DNA of 16,218 bases from a bacterium (GTDB lineage: Bacteria; Hinthialibacterota; Hinthialibacteria; Hinthialibacterales; Hinthialibacteraceae). Below the pieces are notes generated by a model that saw only the letters and a list, made by a program, of their open reading frames with translations, searched no databases and was not told the origin of the DNA. The DNA lies in assembly GCA_041946805.1 (NCBI GenBank), contig JBHGBC010000138.1, positions 1 through 16,218 on the forward strand. Reading direction: 5' to 3'. Positions 8,332 through 16,218 of the stretch are shown piece after piece. Within the stretch, counting starts at the first letter, position 1, and the number at the start of each line of letters is the position of its first letter. A program made the translations under genes and the position numbers.

Positions 8332-8368
8332 TCCCTCACCCTAGCCCTCTCCCAGAGGGAGAGGGGAT
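8332..8368 (+). repeat. REP-like palindromic repeat, copy 4
   Basis: tccctcaccctagccctctcccagagggagaggggat; same stem and loop as copy 1. Confidence 0.85.
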
Positions 8369-8447
8369 AGTTTCTATTAGCGGATTACACTGTGCTTTGA
8401 GCCCATCTTGCTTGCGGTTGATGGATTTGCGGGGCGTGCTCCACCTT

Positions 8448-8483
8448 ATCCTGGTCATCCTGTTCATCTGGACCATCCTGATT
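8448..8483. repeat. Degenerate 9-nt tandem repeat x4
   Basis: atcctggtc atcctgttc atctggacc atcctgatt. Confidence 0.7.
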
Positions 8484-8601
8484 CAGACAATTATCCATTC
8501 CTTCGTCCACCACATTCATCATTCACTCCCCCCTGCCGCCGCCAAGAAGGTACAATCTCCAAACAAGGGCATAGCGAATTATCCGATCCGGAGGAAGGCA
8601 T

Positions 8602-10980
8602 TTGAAACACGATCATCACCCCCGTGAACTGACCGTGATCCTTACTCCCCCCGCGCCGGCCACGGGACAGGCGCGTGATCCGGTCTGCGGTATGTTTGTC
8701 AATCCCGAAAAGGCCGCCGCGTCCAGCGAATACCAGGGCGAAAAATATTATTTCTGTTGCAAGGGCTGCCAGACAAAATTCGAGGCCGATCCGCTGCAAT
8801 ACGTGGCCTCCGCGAAAGAATCGGCCCCAACGGTTCCCATATCTCCAACCCCCGCCGCGCCGGGCGCCATATACACCTGCCCCATGCATCCGGAGATCGA
8901 GCAAGTGGGCCCGGGGGCCTGCCCCAAATGCGGCATGGCGCTGGAGCCCAAAACCATTTCGCTGACGGATGCAGCAGACCCTGAACTCATCGATATGATC
9001 CACCGGTTCTGGATCAGCGCCGCCTTCACGCTGCCGCTGTTTCTCTATGCCATGTTGCACATGGTTACCGATCATCCATTGGCGGGATGGCTCTCTCCCG
9101 CGGCGGGAATTGTTTTGCAACTAGTGCTGGCCACGCCGGTGGTGCTATGGGGCGGGTGGCCGTTCTTCCAGCGCGCGTGGTTTTCGATCGTCACCCGCAA
9201 CCTGAACATGTTCACGCTCATCGGGCTGGGGACGGGCGTGGCGTATGGTTACAGCGTCATTGCCGCGCTGGTCCCGGGGATATTCCCCGACGCGTTCCGC
9301 TCACCGTCCGGGACCGTGGACGTGTACTTCGAGGCGGCGGCGGTGATCGTCACCCTGGTGCTGCTGGGCCAGATGCTGGAGCTGAAGGCCCGGGGCCGGA
9401 CCTCGCTGGCTCTGCGCGCGCTCCTGGAACTCGCGCCCCAGCAGGCCCGGCGCGTGCGGCCCGATGGCTCGGAGGAAGATGTACCCTTGGACGCATTGAA
9501 GAGGGGCGACCGCCTGCGCGTGCGTCCCGGCGAGAAGGTTCCCGTGGACGGCGTGGTGTTCGAAGGCTCGAGTTACGTGGATGAGTCCATGGTCACCGGC
9601 GAGCCGGTTCCCGTGGAAAAGCGGGTGAACGACCCGGTGACCGGTGGGACGCTCAACCAGACCGGCGGCTTTTTGATGCGCGCCGATCATGTCGGCGAAG
9701 AGACGCTGCTCGCGCGGATCGTCCAGCGGGTCAGCGAGGCGCAGCGCACCCGCGCGCCAATCCAGAATCTCGCCGACCGGGTGGCCGCGGTTTTCGTTCC
9801 GGCGGTGAGCCTGGTGTCGGCGGTCACCTTCGCGGCCTGGGCGGCATGGGGGCCGTCCCCGGCAATGGCCCACGCCGTCGTCAACGCCGTGGCGGTGCTG
9901 ATCATCGCCTGCCCGTGCGCCCTGGGGCTGGCGACCCCCATGTCGATCATGGTGGGCATGGGCCGCGGCGCGCGGCTGGGCGTGCTCATCAAGAACGCCG
10001 AAGCCTTGGAATGGTTCGAGAAGATCGACACGCTGGTAATTGATAAAACCGGCACCCTGACCGAGGGCAAGCCCAAGCTGGTCACCACCGAACCGGCGCC
10101 TGGCTTCACGCGCGAGGATCTGCTGCGCTGGGCCGCGGGCGTGGAACGCTCCAGCGAGCATCCCCTGTCGGCCGCCATCCTGGCCGGCGCGCGCGAGGCG
10201 GGCCTCGAGCCGCCAGCCGCCGCCGAATTTCAATCGGTGACGGGAAAAGGAGTTATCGGAATCATCCAAGGCAAACGCGTGGCGCTCGGCAACGCGGGCT
10301 TGATGGAAGACGAAAAAGCCGATGTTTCTGGATTGCGGGACCAGGCGGAAGCCTTGCGCCGCGAAGGCCAGACGGTCATGTACGTATCAGTGGATGGGAG
10401 ACCCGCCGGACTGCTGGGCGTCATGGATCCCATCAAGGAATCCACCCGCGAGGCAGTGCGAATTCTCCGGCGTCAGGGCCTTTCGATTGTCATGCTCACG
10501 GGGGATAACCGGATCACCGCTGAAACCATCGCCCGCCAACTGGGCATCACCGAAATCCACGCCGGGATCCTGCCCGGCGACAAGCACCGGGTGATCCAAC
10601 AGCTCCAGCAGCAAGGCCATATCGTGGCCATGGCCGGCGACGGCATCAACGACGCCCCCGCCCTGGCCCAGGCGCAGGTGGGCATCGCCATGGGCACGGG
10701 GGCCGACGCCGCCATGGAAAGCGCCAACGTCACCCTGGTGAAGGGTGACTTGCGGGGGATCGCCAAGGCCTACCGGCTCAGCCAGGCTGTCATGCGCAAC
10801 ATCCGCCTGAACCTGCTGCTAGCTTTCGGATACAACGCCCTGGCGGTGCCCATCGCGGCGGGGATGCTTTATCCCTGGACGGGCCTGCTGCTCAATCCCA
10901 TGATCGCCGCCGCCGCCATGAGTTGCAGTTCACTCTCGGTGGTGGGCAACGCGCTGCGGTTGCGGAAGTTTCAGGCGTGA
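8602..10980 (+). CDS. copA: Copper(I)/silver-translocating P1B-1 type ATPase with N-terminal YHS and CPMHP metal-binding domains
   Basis: TTG start with GGAGGA RBS (8590-8595). DPVCGM...YYFCCKGC (YHS); YTCPMHP...[44 protein letters not shown] in TM7 and MxxSS in TM8, which are diagnostic of P1B-1. Confidence 0.95.
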   Translation: MKHDHHPRELTVILTPPAPATGQARDPVCGMFVNPEKAAASSEYQGEKYYFCCKGCQTKFEADPLQYVASAKESAPTVPISPTPAAPGAIYTCPMHPEIEQVGPGACPKCGMALEPKTISLTDAADPELIDMIHRFWISAAFTLPLFLYAMLHMVTDHPLAGWLSPAAGIVLQLVLATPVVLWGGWPFFQRAWFSIVTRNLNMFTLIGLGTGVAYGYSVIAALVPGIFPDAFRSPSGTVDVYFEAAAVIVTLVLLGQMLELKARGRTSLALRALLELAPQQARRVRPDGSEEDVPLDALKRGDRLRVRPGEKVPVDGVVFEGSSYVDESMVTGEPVPVEKRVNDPVTGGTLNQTGGFLMRADHVGEETLLARIVQRVSEAQRTRAPIQNLADRVAAVFVPAVSLVSAVTFAAWAAWGPSPAMAHAVVNAVAVLIIACPCALGLATPMSIMVGMGRGARLGVLIKNAEALEWFEKIDTLVIDKTGTLTEGKPKLVTTEPAPGFTREDLLRWAAGVERSSEHPLSAAILAGAREAGLEPPAAAEFQSVTGKGVIGIIQGKRVALGNAGLMEDEKADVSGLRDQAEALRREGQTVMYVSVDGRPAGLLGVMDPIKESTREAVRILRRQGLSIVMLTGDNRITAETIARQLGITEIHAGILPGDKHRVIQQLQQQGHIVAMAGDGINDAPALAQAQVGIAMGTGADAAMESANVTLVKGDLRGIAKAYRLSQAVMRNIRLNLLLAFGYNALAVPIAAGMLYPWTGLLLNPMIAAAAMSCSSLSVVGNALRLRKFQA

Positions 10981-11118
10981 AATAAATGGATAAAGGCAGG
11001 CGCAGCATTTTGTTTCTTTACTCAACTTACGTGGGAAATGAGGATGGAATTGCCTATGCAGAGTGGATTGAGCGTCACACGGCCCGACATGATCTTTGTG
11101 CATGACTATCCATGAATA

Positions 11119-12432
11119 TCAGAGACAGCTTTCACGGAACACGCGGTATAATGGCTCCGCCACGGCGCGGTGCCCGGCGGCGGTCAGGTGGCCTTCCATG
11201 GGAAAATAGATAGCTTCATCGCCTTCCAGGCATGCATCCAATAGCGGTTTCGTCAACGAAATGTATTGAATATCGGGATGGTCTTTGCAGTATTGCATAA
11301 ACCATAGCTCGATATGATTTCTCAATTCATCCAAAAACGGCAAATAAATCATATAAATCTTGAATCGGTTAGTGAGGCTTATCCTGTGAATGACATCCAA
11401 ATAGGAAAACGTGCGTTGGGCTTGCTTTGCGGAGACAATATAGGATTCCTTTTGATTAAAATCGGGCCGGATGGTTTGAAAATGATCATACACTTCGCTC
11501 TTGAATAGTTGCCATAATTGATTGACTTGATCAGGCGTTAACACGGCTGGGGAATTGAGAGGGAACGTGATTTGGGAAGTTTTGTCTGGATGATTTACAA
11601 TTTCAATACCGGTTACTTTGGCGGATTTATACAAGGATGTGATTTGACCGGCAAGGCGGTCTTCAAGCACAAGGGAAATCCGAGGAAGAGAAGGAGATTC
11701 ATATAACCAGGGAACCAAGAGCCAGCTTAAGTGGATTTGGCTGAGAGGAAAGGCCAAAGAGCCTGCGTAGCGGAAATAATACGGGTTGGATTCCGAAAAG
11801 GAACGGCGGGTAATCGAATGACCGGCTGGATTGACTTTCAATCCGAATTGCTTCTCCTATTACTCATCATCATAAAAATCCTTCCCGTTTAAGGATAGTA
11901 CCAGTACGTCAATGTCCTTGTAAATGTCCAGAACGTTTTGGATGCGAAAAGCATAATCGGCGGGCGACATGCCCCGCATGGCGGCGTTGATGCAGTCAAA
12001 TTTCCCCCCGCTCAGGGATTGAATCAGGTAAGGATAGGATTGGCGTAATTCGACCCCGTAGCCTTCGGTCAACGAATCACCCAGGAACACGATTCGCGTG
12101 GTTCCTGGTTTTTTATAGGTGGTATGGTCGATATCACGCATCCCCACCCGGTTGATTCGGTATTCCACGGCGAATTCCGCGCTGGGGGATACCGCCACCG
12201 TCCGGGTATTCGGCTCGAAGCGGTAAAACTCCGGATATCCTGGCCGCATGATCCCATTTAACGCGCGTATATCCGAACGGCGGGGAATATCGATATCGGT
12301 GACGCGGATGGCGAATTCACCCAGTACGAGGGCAAGGAGAATGGAGACAAAAAATAGAGTGCAGTTTTGAACTATGTGTTTGCACTTATGTTTGAAAGTA
12401 GAGGTGAAATGCTTTGTGAATGGACTGGTCAT
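11119..12432 (-). pseudogene. SGNH/GDSL-type hydrolase or O-acetyltransferase-like gene interrupted by tandem in-frame stops (ORFs 11860-12432 and 11119-11841)
   Basis: Both ORFs share one frame. Junction reads GAT GAT GAG TAA TAG GAG AAG CAA TTC GGA TTG. The 5' part has a TM anchor, RINRVGMRD and RIVFLGDSLTEG (catalytic Ser block); the 3' part has EGHLTAAGHRAVA (catalytic His block). Confidence 0.72.
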
Positions 12433-12650
12433 TTGTGCTCTCTTTATGATTTAGCAACTTGATTATTAATTGATGATTTGGCAAGAAAATTATAATTGTA
12501 AATAACAAATATAAACCAAGCATGGGCCTCTCCTTGCTAAATTTATATGCAAATGTAATTTAAAGTAAAAAGGGGACAGGCCGTTTTGTTGTCCTATCAC
12601 CTTTGTCTCATCATGATTCAATCGTAGGCCACTATTCTATCTTATTCGTG

Positions 12651-13547
12651 TTATTCGTGCGGTCTCCCAGCAGCATGGTCAACCGCGTGATAAGTGGACG
12701 GCAGTTCGAATTTCGCGGCGTCCACTGGCTGATTCAACACCGCCTCCACCAGCGTCAAGACTTCCCGGGTGTTCCCCTGTTGCGTGATGATCGTCCCCGG
12801 AAGCCAGATGCCCTCCACGGGCCGAAAACCGCTGAACTCCACGCGTACACCAGGTTGGCCGGGAAGGGTGGGGTAATGGTACTCATAGGATGTCAGCACA
12901 TATCCCTTGTCCGGGTCGTAGGTCCCCCGCATGAACGCAAAATCCGTGGTGGTGTCACGCACTTGGAAACGGTTGCCCTTTTCCACGATGAACTCTTTAT
13001 CGAATGTCAGGGAGCCGGGAGCGAAGCGGGCGGGCTTCAAACGCGGATAGACGGCGATCGGATCGTTGGGACTGTACCGGCCGGTGGTCAGGCGCCATTG
13101 ATCGACCCGGGTTTGGATATTGTCAACACCCGGCAATATGTCATATGTCATATCCGCGTCCCAATCATACAGTTTGAGATAATTAAAAGGTTGGCGGTCA
13201 GACACACCAGGGTTTTTCAGCCACGGATTGGATTCCACCAAGATCCGGTTTCCGGAGATCCAGACAATCTTGGCATCCTGTTTCCATTCCAGGCTGCTTT
13301 GAATGTCTTCAGGAGCCAAGCCCTTCGTGTCCACGAGAGTACTCGTTGTAAGTTTTTCCGCGATGCGCTCCGCGCGGCCGCTGTCCATGGATTTGATTTG
13401 CGTATAGACCAATTTCGCCGTCTGAATGTCCACGGCGGACGTTTGCATTCCGGCCAGCACGAATCCGGAATCCTGCGCCAACACCCCGGGCGCGGCCAGC
13501 CATGCGCCCACCATCATGACTATGGATAGATGCAATGCTTGTTTCAT
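12651..13547 (-). CDS. Secreted protein with LolA-like / lipoprotein-sorting-type beta C-terminus (function unknown)
   Basis: Start chosen at ATG 13547 (AAGGA upstream; MKQALHLSIVMMVGAWLAAPGVLA is a Sec signal). C-terminus VEFSGFRPVEGIWLPGTIITQ...LTLVEAVLNQPVDAAKFELP resembles LolA-like family tails. Confidence 0.7.
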   Translation of the reverse strand: MKQALHLSIVMMVGAWLAAPGVLAQDSGFVLAGMQTSAVDIQTAKLVYTQIKSMDSGRAERIAEKLTTSTLVDTKGLAPEDIQSSLEWKQDAKIVWISGNRILVESNPWLKNPGVSDRQPFNYLKLYDWDADMTYDILPGVDNIQTRVDQWRLTTGRYSPNDPIAVYPRLKPARFAPGSLTFDKEFIVEKGNRFQVRDTTTDFAFMRGTYDPDKGYVLTSYEYHYPTLPGQPGVRVEFSGFRPVEGIWLPGTIITQQGNTREVLTLVEAVLNQPVDAAKFELPSTYHAVDHAAGRPHE

Positions 13548-13634
13548 GGCCCTATTCCTTTCGATATCCATATATACAAAAGGGATGGAATCGGCGTTGC
13601 GCAGAATCCATCCCTTTAATCTGTTTTGGTTTCC

Positions 13635-14573
13635 TTATCGGCTATACTCCTTCATCACGATTTCCTTTCCCTCGGGCGCTTGGAAGAAGCCTTGAGGAAA
13701 TTGCGGATCATGGAAATTGGCATTCACCAGTTCCAGGCGGAGAGAATCCTGCAGGTCCGCTCCACGGAGTTTTTGCCGAACGATCTCGCCCGGAACCAGG
13801 ATGCCTTCCTTCTCCTGGAATTCACGGCAGAGCACGCGTTCCACGGCCGCGCCGCCGGGCTGGATCACATCCACTTGCGTCCAATATTCCGGATGGCCTT
13901 CCATCAGCGTGAATTCATACACGTTGTCCGGGTTCCGGCCTGTGAGCGGTTTGACCTGGAGAATCCGCCGGCCGGCGTCATAACTCACGATTTGGAAATC
14001 GTCACCCAGAAATTGATTGAGATTGAATCCATAGCCGGCCGCTTGTGTGGGATCGCTCCAGCGTTCCGTGAAACTGGGAGACCGGGTGACTTGCTTTTTG
14101 TTGGCGAAATAAACATATCCTTCCTGGCCATCGAATAGATACGCGTGATGTTCGTTCTGGTCATTGGGCCGGAAGACATCGCAACGCTGGAGATCGCCCT
14201 GACGGCTGAACACATAAATCGACTCGATGGAAAATCCCTGACTATGCCGTTCGTAATCCTGGAGCAAGCCTTCCAATTCCTCGAGGGTCTTGTGGCCGAT
14301 GCGCTTCTCCTCCTCCGGCGACAACGTGCCGGCTTTCCGTTTCGCGATGGCGTCTTGCACAAACGCCATCTGCCCCTGCCAGAATTCCTCGCGTTCGGCG
14401 CCCGTTTCAGCGGGAACGTACATCCATCCGTGGTATTGCACCTCGAAGGCCTCGATGGGATTCAACCGGCTCTGGACATACGCCGTCAAATCCGCGGGGG
14501 TGGAGACCTCCGCCAGGGCCAATCCGCCGGCGCAAACGAGTAACGCGAATGTCATCCATGTGATTTTGTTCAT
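13635..14573 (-). CDS. Secreted protein with LolA-like C-terminus, probable distant paralog of the downstream gene
   Basis: AAGGAG RBS; signal peptide MNKITWMTFALLVCAGGLALA; AYLFDGQEGY; C-terminus EFQEKEGILVPGEIVRQ...LELVNANFHDPQFPQGFFQAP. Confidence 0.72.
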   Translation of the reverse strand: MNKITWMTFALLVCAGGLALAEVSTPADLTAYVQSRLNPIEAFEVQYHGWMYVPAETGAEREEFWQGQMAFVQDAIAKRKAGTLSPEEEKRIGHKTLEELEGLLQDYERHSQGFSIESIYVFSRQGDLQRCDVFRPNDQNEHHAYLFDGQEGYVYFANKKQVTRSPSFTERWSDPTQAAGYGFNLNQFLGDDFQIVSYDAGRRILQVKPLTGRNPDNVYEFTLMEGHPEYWTQVDVIQPGGAAVERVLCREFQEKEGILVPGEIVRQKLRGADLQDSLRLELVNANFHDPQFPQGFFQAPEGKEIVMKEYSR

Positions 14574-14595
14574 TTCATCTCTCCTTATTTATTGT

Positions 14596-15042
14596 TTATT
14601 GGGATTTGCATTGTGGATAACTCAGCCATACGTCTTCCACAAAAGTATCAAATCCACAGTTGTGATACATTTTCTTGGACCAACTGTTATTAACACAGAT
14701 GTATAACTCACCATCTCGTTCATATTCATATCTTGCTTTGCAATCAGCTGTATAGGGATTAGTACAGGTACCTGATAATTCCCACTTACTGACTAAACCA
14801 AGTGTAATTGGATTATTACACTGTCCATAATTTATTTCTGGATCATATTGTGCACCTGGACAACAACCTAGTGTGTCGTAACCCCAGGTATAATCACAAG
14901 CACCACCAAAGCAAACATCCTCCCATTCGGTAGTGGTCTGACAGTACGGACAAACATAATAGCTATACGCGAAGCGAAATAGTGGCACAAAAAGAAAAAG
15001 TCCGGAAAGTACTAGAATTATGCCCGTTCTATTCATTTTCAT
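14596..15042 (-). CDS. Small exported cysteine-rich hypothetical protein (12 Cys), low GC
   Basis: AAGGAGG (15060-15054) precedes ATG 15042 (alternative starts 15066 and 15036). Hydrophobic leader IILVLSGLFLFVPLFRFAYS; mature part has 12 Cys and many Tyr/Trp. Stop lies 22 nt before the next start. Confidence 0.75.
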   Translation of the reverse strand: MKMNRTGIILVLSGLFLFVPLFRFAYSYYVCPYCQTTTEWEDVCFGGACDYTWGYDTLGCCPGAQYDPEINYGQCNNPITLGLVSKWELSGTCTNPYTADCKARYEYERDGELYICVNNSWSKKMYHNCGFDTFVEDVWLSYPQCKSQ

Positions 15043-15229
15043 TTTTCGAAAAGCCTCCTTTACCATAAATCTACGTGCTTTCCTTTTTTGTAGTAATTCT
15101 CAGGCTCCTTTCTTGATCTACAAGAGAAATCATTTTTCAGAAATCAAGAAATGATTCTCTTCCCTCAGATCTAAATCATTCATTATTTAAACGCCCCAGA
15201 CCCCTGCTATTCCTTAAAAAATTGTCAAT

Positions 15230-15709
15230 TCATAAGATTTTCTTGCCCCAGTAGTACAAAATGTTCCCCACAGTTTTTTCTGAAATATTCAAAATCCGCG
15301 CGATTTCTTTATAGGATCTATCCTCTCGGTAGAATAATTCGAAGACCTTACGTGGTTGTTCAGGGAGGCGCGACAAGCGTTGTTCCACCTCGATTCGATC
15401 GATTGTTTTTTCGTGCGATACAACGGGAAGGAGGGAAGCCATTCCAACGTCTTGGACCAGGCGTTGCTCTTTCCGGAAATGGTCGATGCAGAGATTCCTG
15501 ATTATCTGAAAGAGATATGTCTTGAACCGGGCCGTTGGCTGATACCGGTCCTGGGCGGTATAGGCCCGTAAGAAAGCCTCCTGGGCGATATCTTCGGCCT
15601 CATCCCGGTCCCGGGTGAACCGGTACGCCACATTCACCGCCCATTGGTAGTAATTGTTGTACCACATTTCCCAGTCTCGCTTGGTAGGGCATGGTTCTTG
15701 ACAAGCCAT
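15230..15709 (-). CDS. ECF RNA polymerase sigma factor
   Basis: Region 2: VAYRFTRDRDEAEDIAQEAFLRAY...FKTYLFQIIRNLCIDHFRK. Region 4: LSRLPEQPRKVFELFYREDRSYKEIARILNISEKTVGNIL. Start uncertain; ATG 15709 preferred over TTG 15802. Confidence 0.9.
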   Translation of the reverse strand: MACQEPCPTKRDWEMWYNNYYQWAVNVAYRFTRDRDEAEDIAQEAFLRAYTAQDRYQPTARFKTYLFQIIRNLCIDHFRKEQRLVQDVGMASLLPVVSHEKTIDRIEVEQRLSRLPEQPRKVFELFYREDRSYKEIARILNISEKTVGNILYYWGKKIL

Positions 15710-16104
15710 GTTGCGTTTCCCAGACACGATATGGGGCCGGGATGACGCAATACCGCGACATCCTCTCCAACCTCGATTCTTTGATTCAAGATTACTAGGC
15801 AATTCAGAATATATTTCACTCCGTTGCCCTCTATAAAATTAAAAAAACAAAAAAAATATCTAAAATATATTGCTTATGATAAGATTCTTATGACTCGAAA
15901 GACCTATACAACTGGTACAACTGGTATACTTAATACAGTAATTCAATATGCCTTCTTTGTCAACCAAAATTCCCGAACGGCGGCGTAGCGAAGTGACGCA
16001 CCTCCACACTTTTTTGCCGAAACAGGTTCGTCTGAGGTATAATTGTATGGAGTATGAATGAATTAAACCATTAAAATAGTAAAAAACACGATCTCTCTTC
16101 TCAC

Positions 16105-16134
16105 TTGACACATCCTCCTTCCCGCCGATATCCT
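16105..16134 (+). promoter_or_regulatory. Putative sigma70-type promoter for the riboswitch leader
   Basis: TTGACA(16105-16110)-18 nt-TATCCT(16129-16134); the predicted start near 16141 coincides with the 5' end of the riboswitch. Confidence 0.65.
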
Positions 16135-16140
16135 GTTATC

Positions 16141-16218
16141 CATCATGGGAAGGTGATCCGTGTCCGCACGGAGCCAAAAGGGAAGCCGGTGAAAAGCCGG
16201 CGCGGTCCCGCCACTGTA
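16141..16218 (+). ncRNA. Cobalamin (B12) riboswitch, 5' portion, truncated by window end
   Basis: Conserved order AGGT - hairpin tccgtg/cacgga - AAAAGGGAA - gccgg-tgaaaag-ccggc T-loop stem - GCGGT-CCCGCCACTGTA. Confidence 0.93.

Noticed and set aside
3..8368. CRISPR array interpretation of the ~37-nt palindromic repeats
   Set aside because: Copies are kilobases apart, in both orientations, with no regular spacers and no cas genes.
8397..8627. Small hydrophobic, His-rich ORF upstream of copA that might be a metal-binding membrane peptide
   Set aside because: The hydrophobic and His pattern arises from the 9-nt tandem repeat and CATT-rich low complexity; there is no clear RBS and it overlaps the copA start. 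Not fully excluded.
10981..11118. Intrinsic terminator between copA and the SGNH gene
   Set aside because: No convincing GC stem followed by a U-tract on either strand.
11857..11862. Stop-codon recoding (pyrrolysine or alternative genetic code)
   Set aside because: The first stop is TAA, which terminates other genes in this window normally; readthrough of two consecutive different stops is implausible.
15860..16111. 83-aa minus-strand ORF and a 9-nt tandem duplication (tacaactgg x2, 15907-15924)
   Set aside because: AT-rich divergent promoter region, non-ATG start, no motif; the duplication is too short to call a binding site.

Overview
GC-rich bacterial chromosomal window with AT-richer patches in its right third. 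Left part: a Tat-signal aldo/keto reductase is divergent from an ECF sigma factor / FecR-type anti-sigma pair, followed by a ~1234-aa membrane-anchored protein built of ~10-12 carboxypeptidase-regulatory-like beta-sandwich repeats. Middle: a GYF_2-AIM24 (TIGR00266-type) gene and a YHS-domain Cu(I) P1B-ATPase (copA). Right part (minus strand): a second ECF sigma, a low-GC secreted 12-cysteine protein, two related secreted proteins with LolA-like C-termini, and an SGNH hydrolase interrupted by tandem in-frame stops. The window ends inside a cobalamin riboswitch that has its own sigma70-like promoter. Several intergenic spacers carry small palindromic repeats of different families. Most notable observation: the FecR domain appears split between two genes. 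The anti-sigma stops just after its GTEFEV motif, and the expected continuation (VRVSVASGEVLV...LRGGE) lies at the N-terminus of the separately initiated giant repeat protein. All family calls come from motif recognition by eye; no database searches were run.
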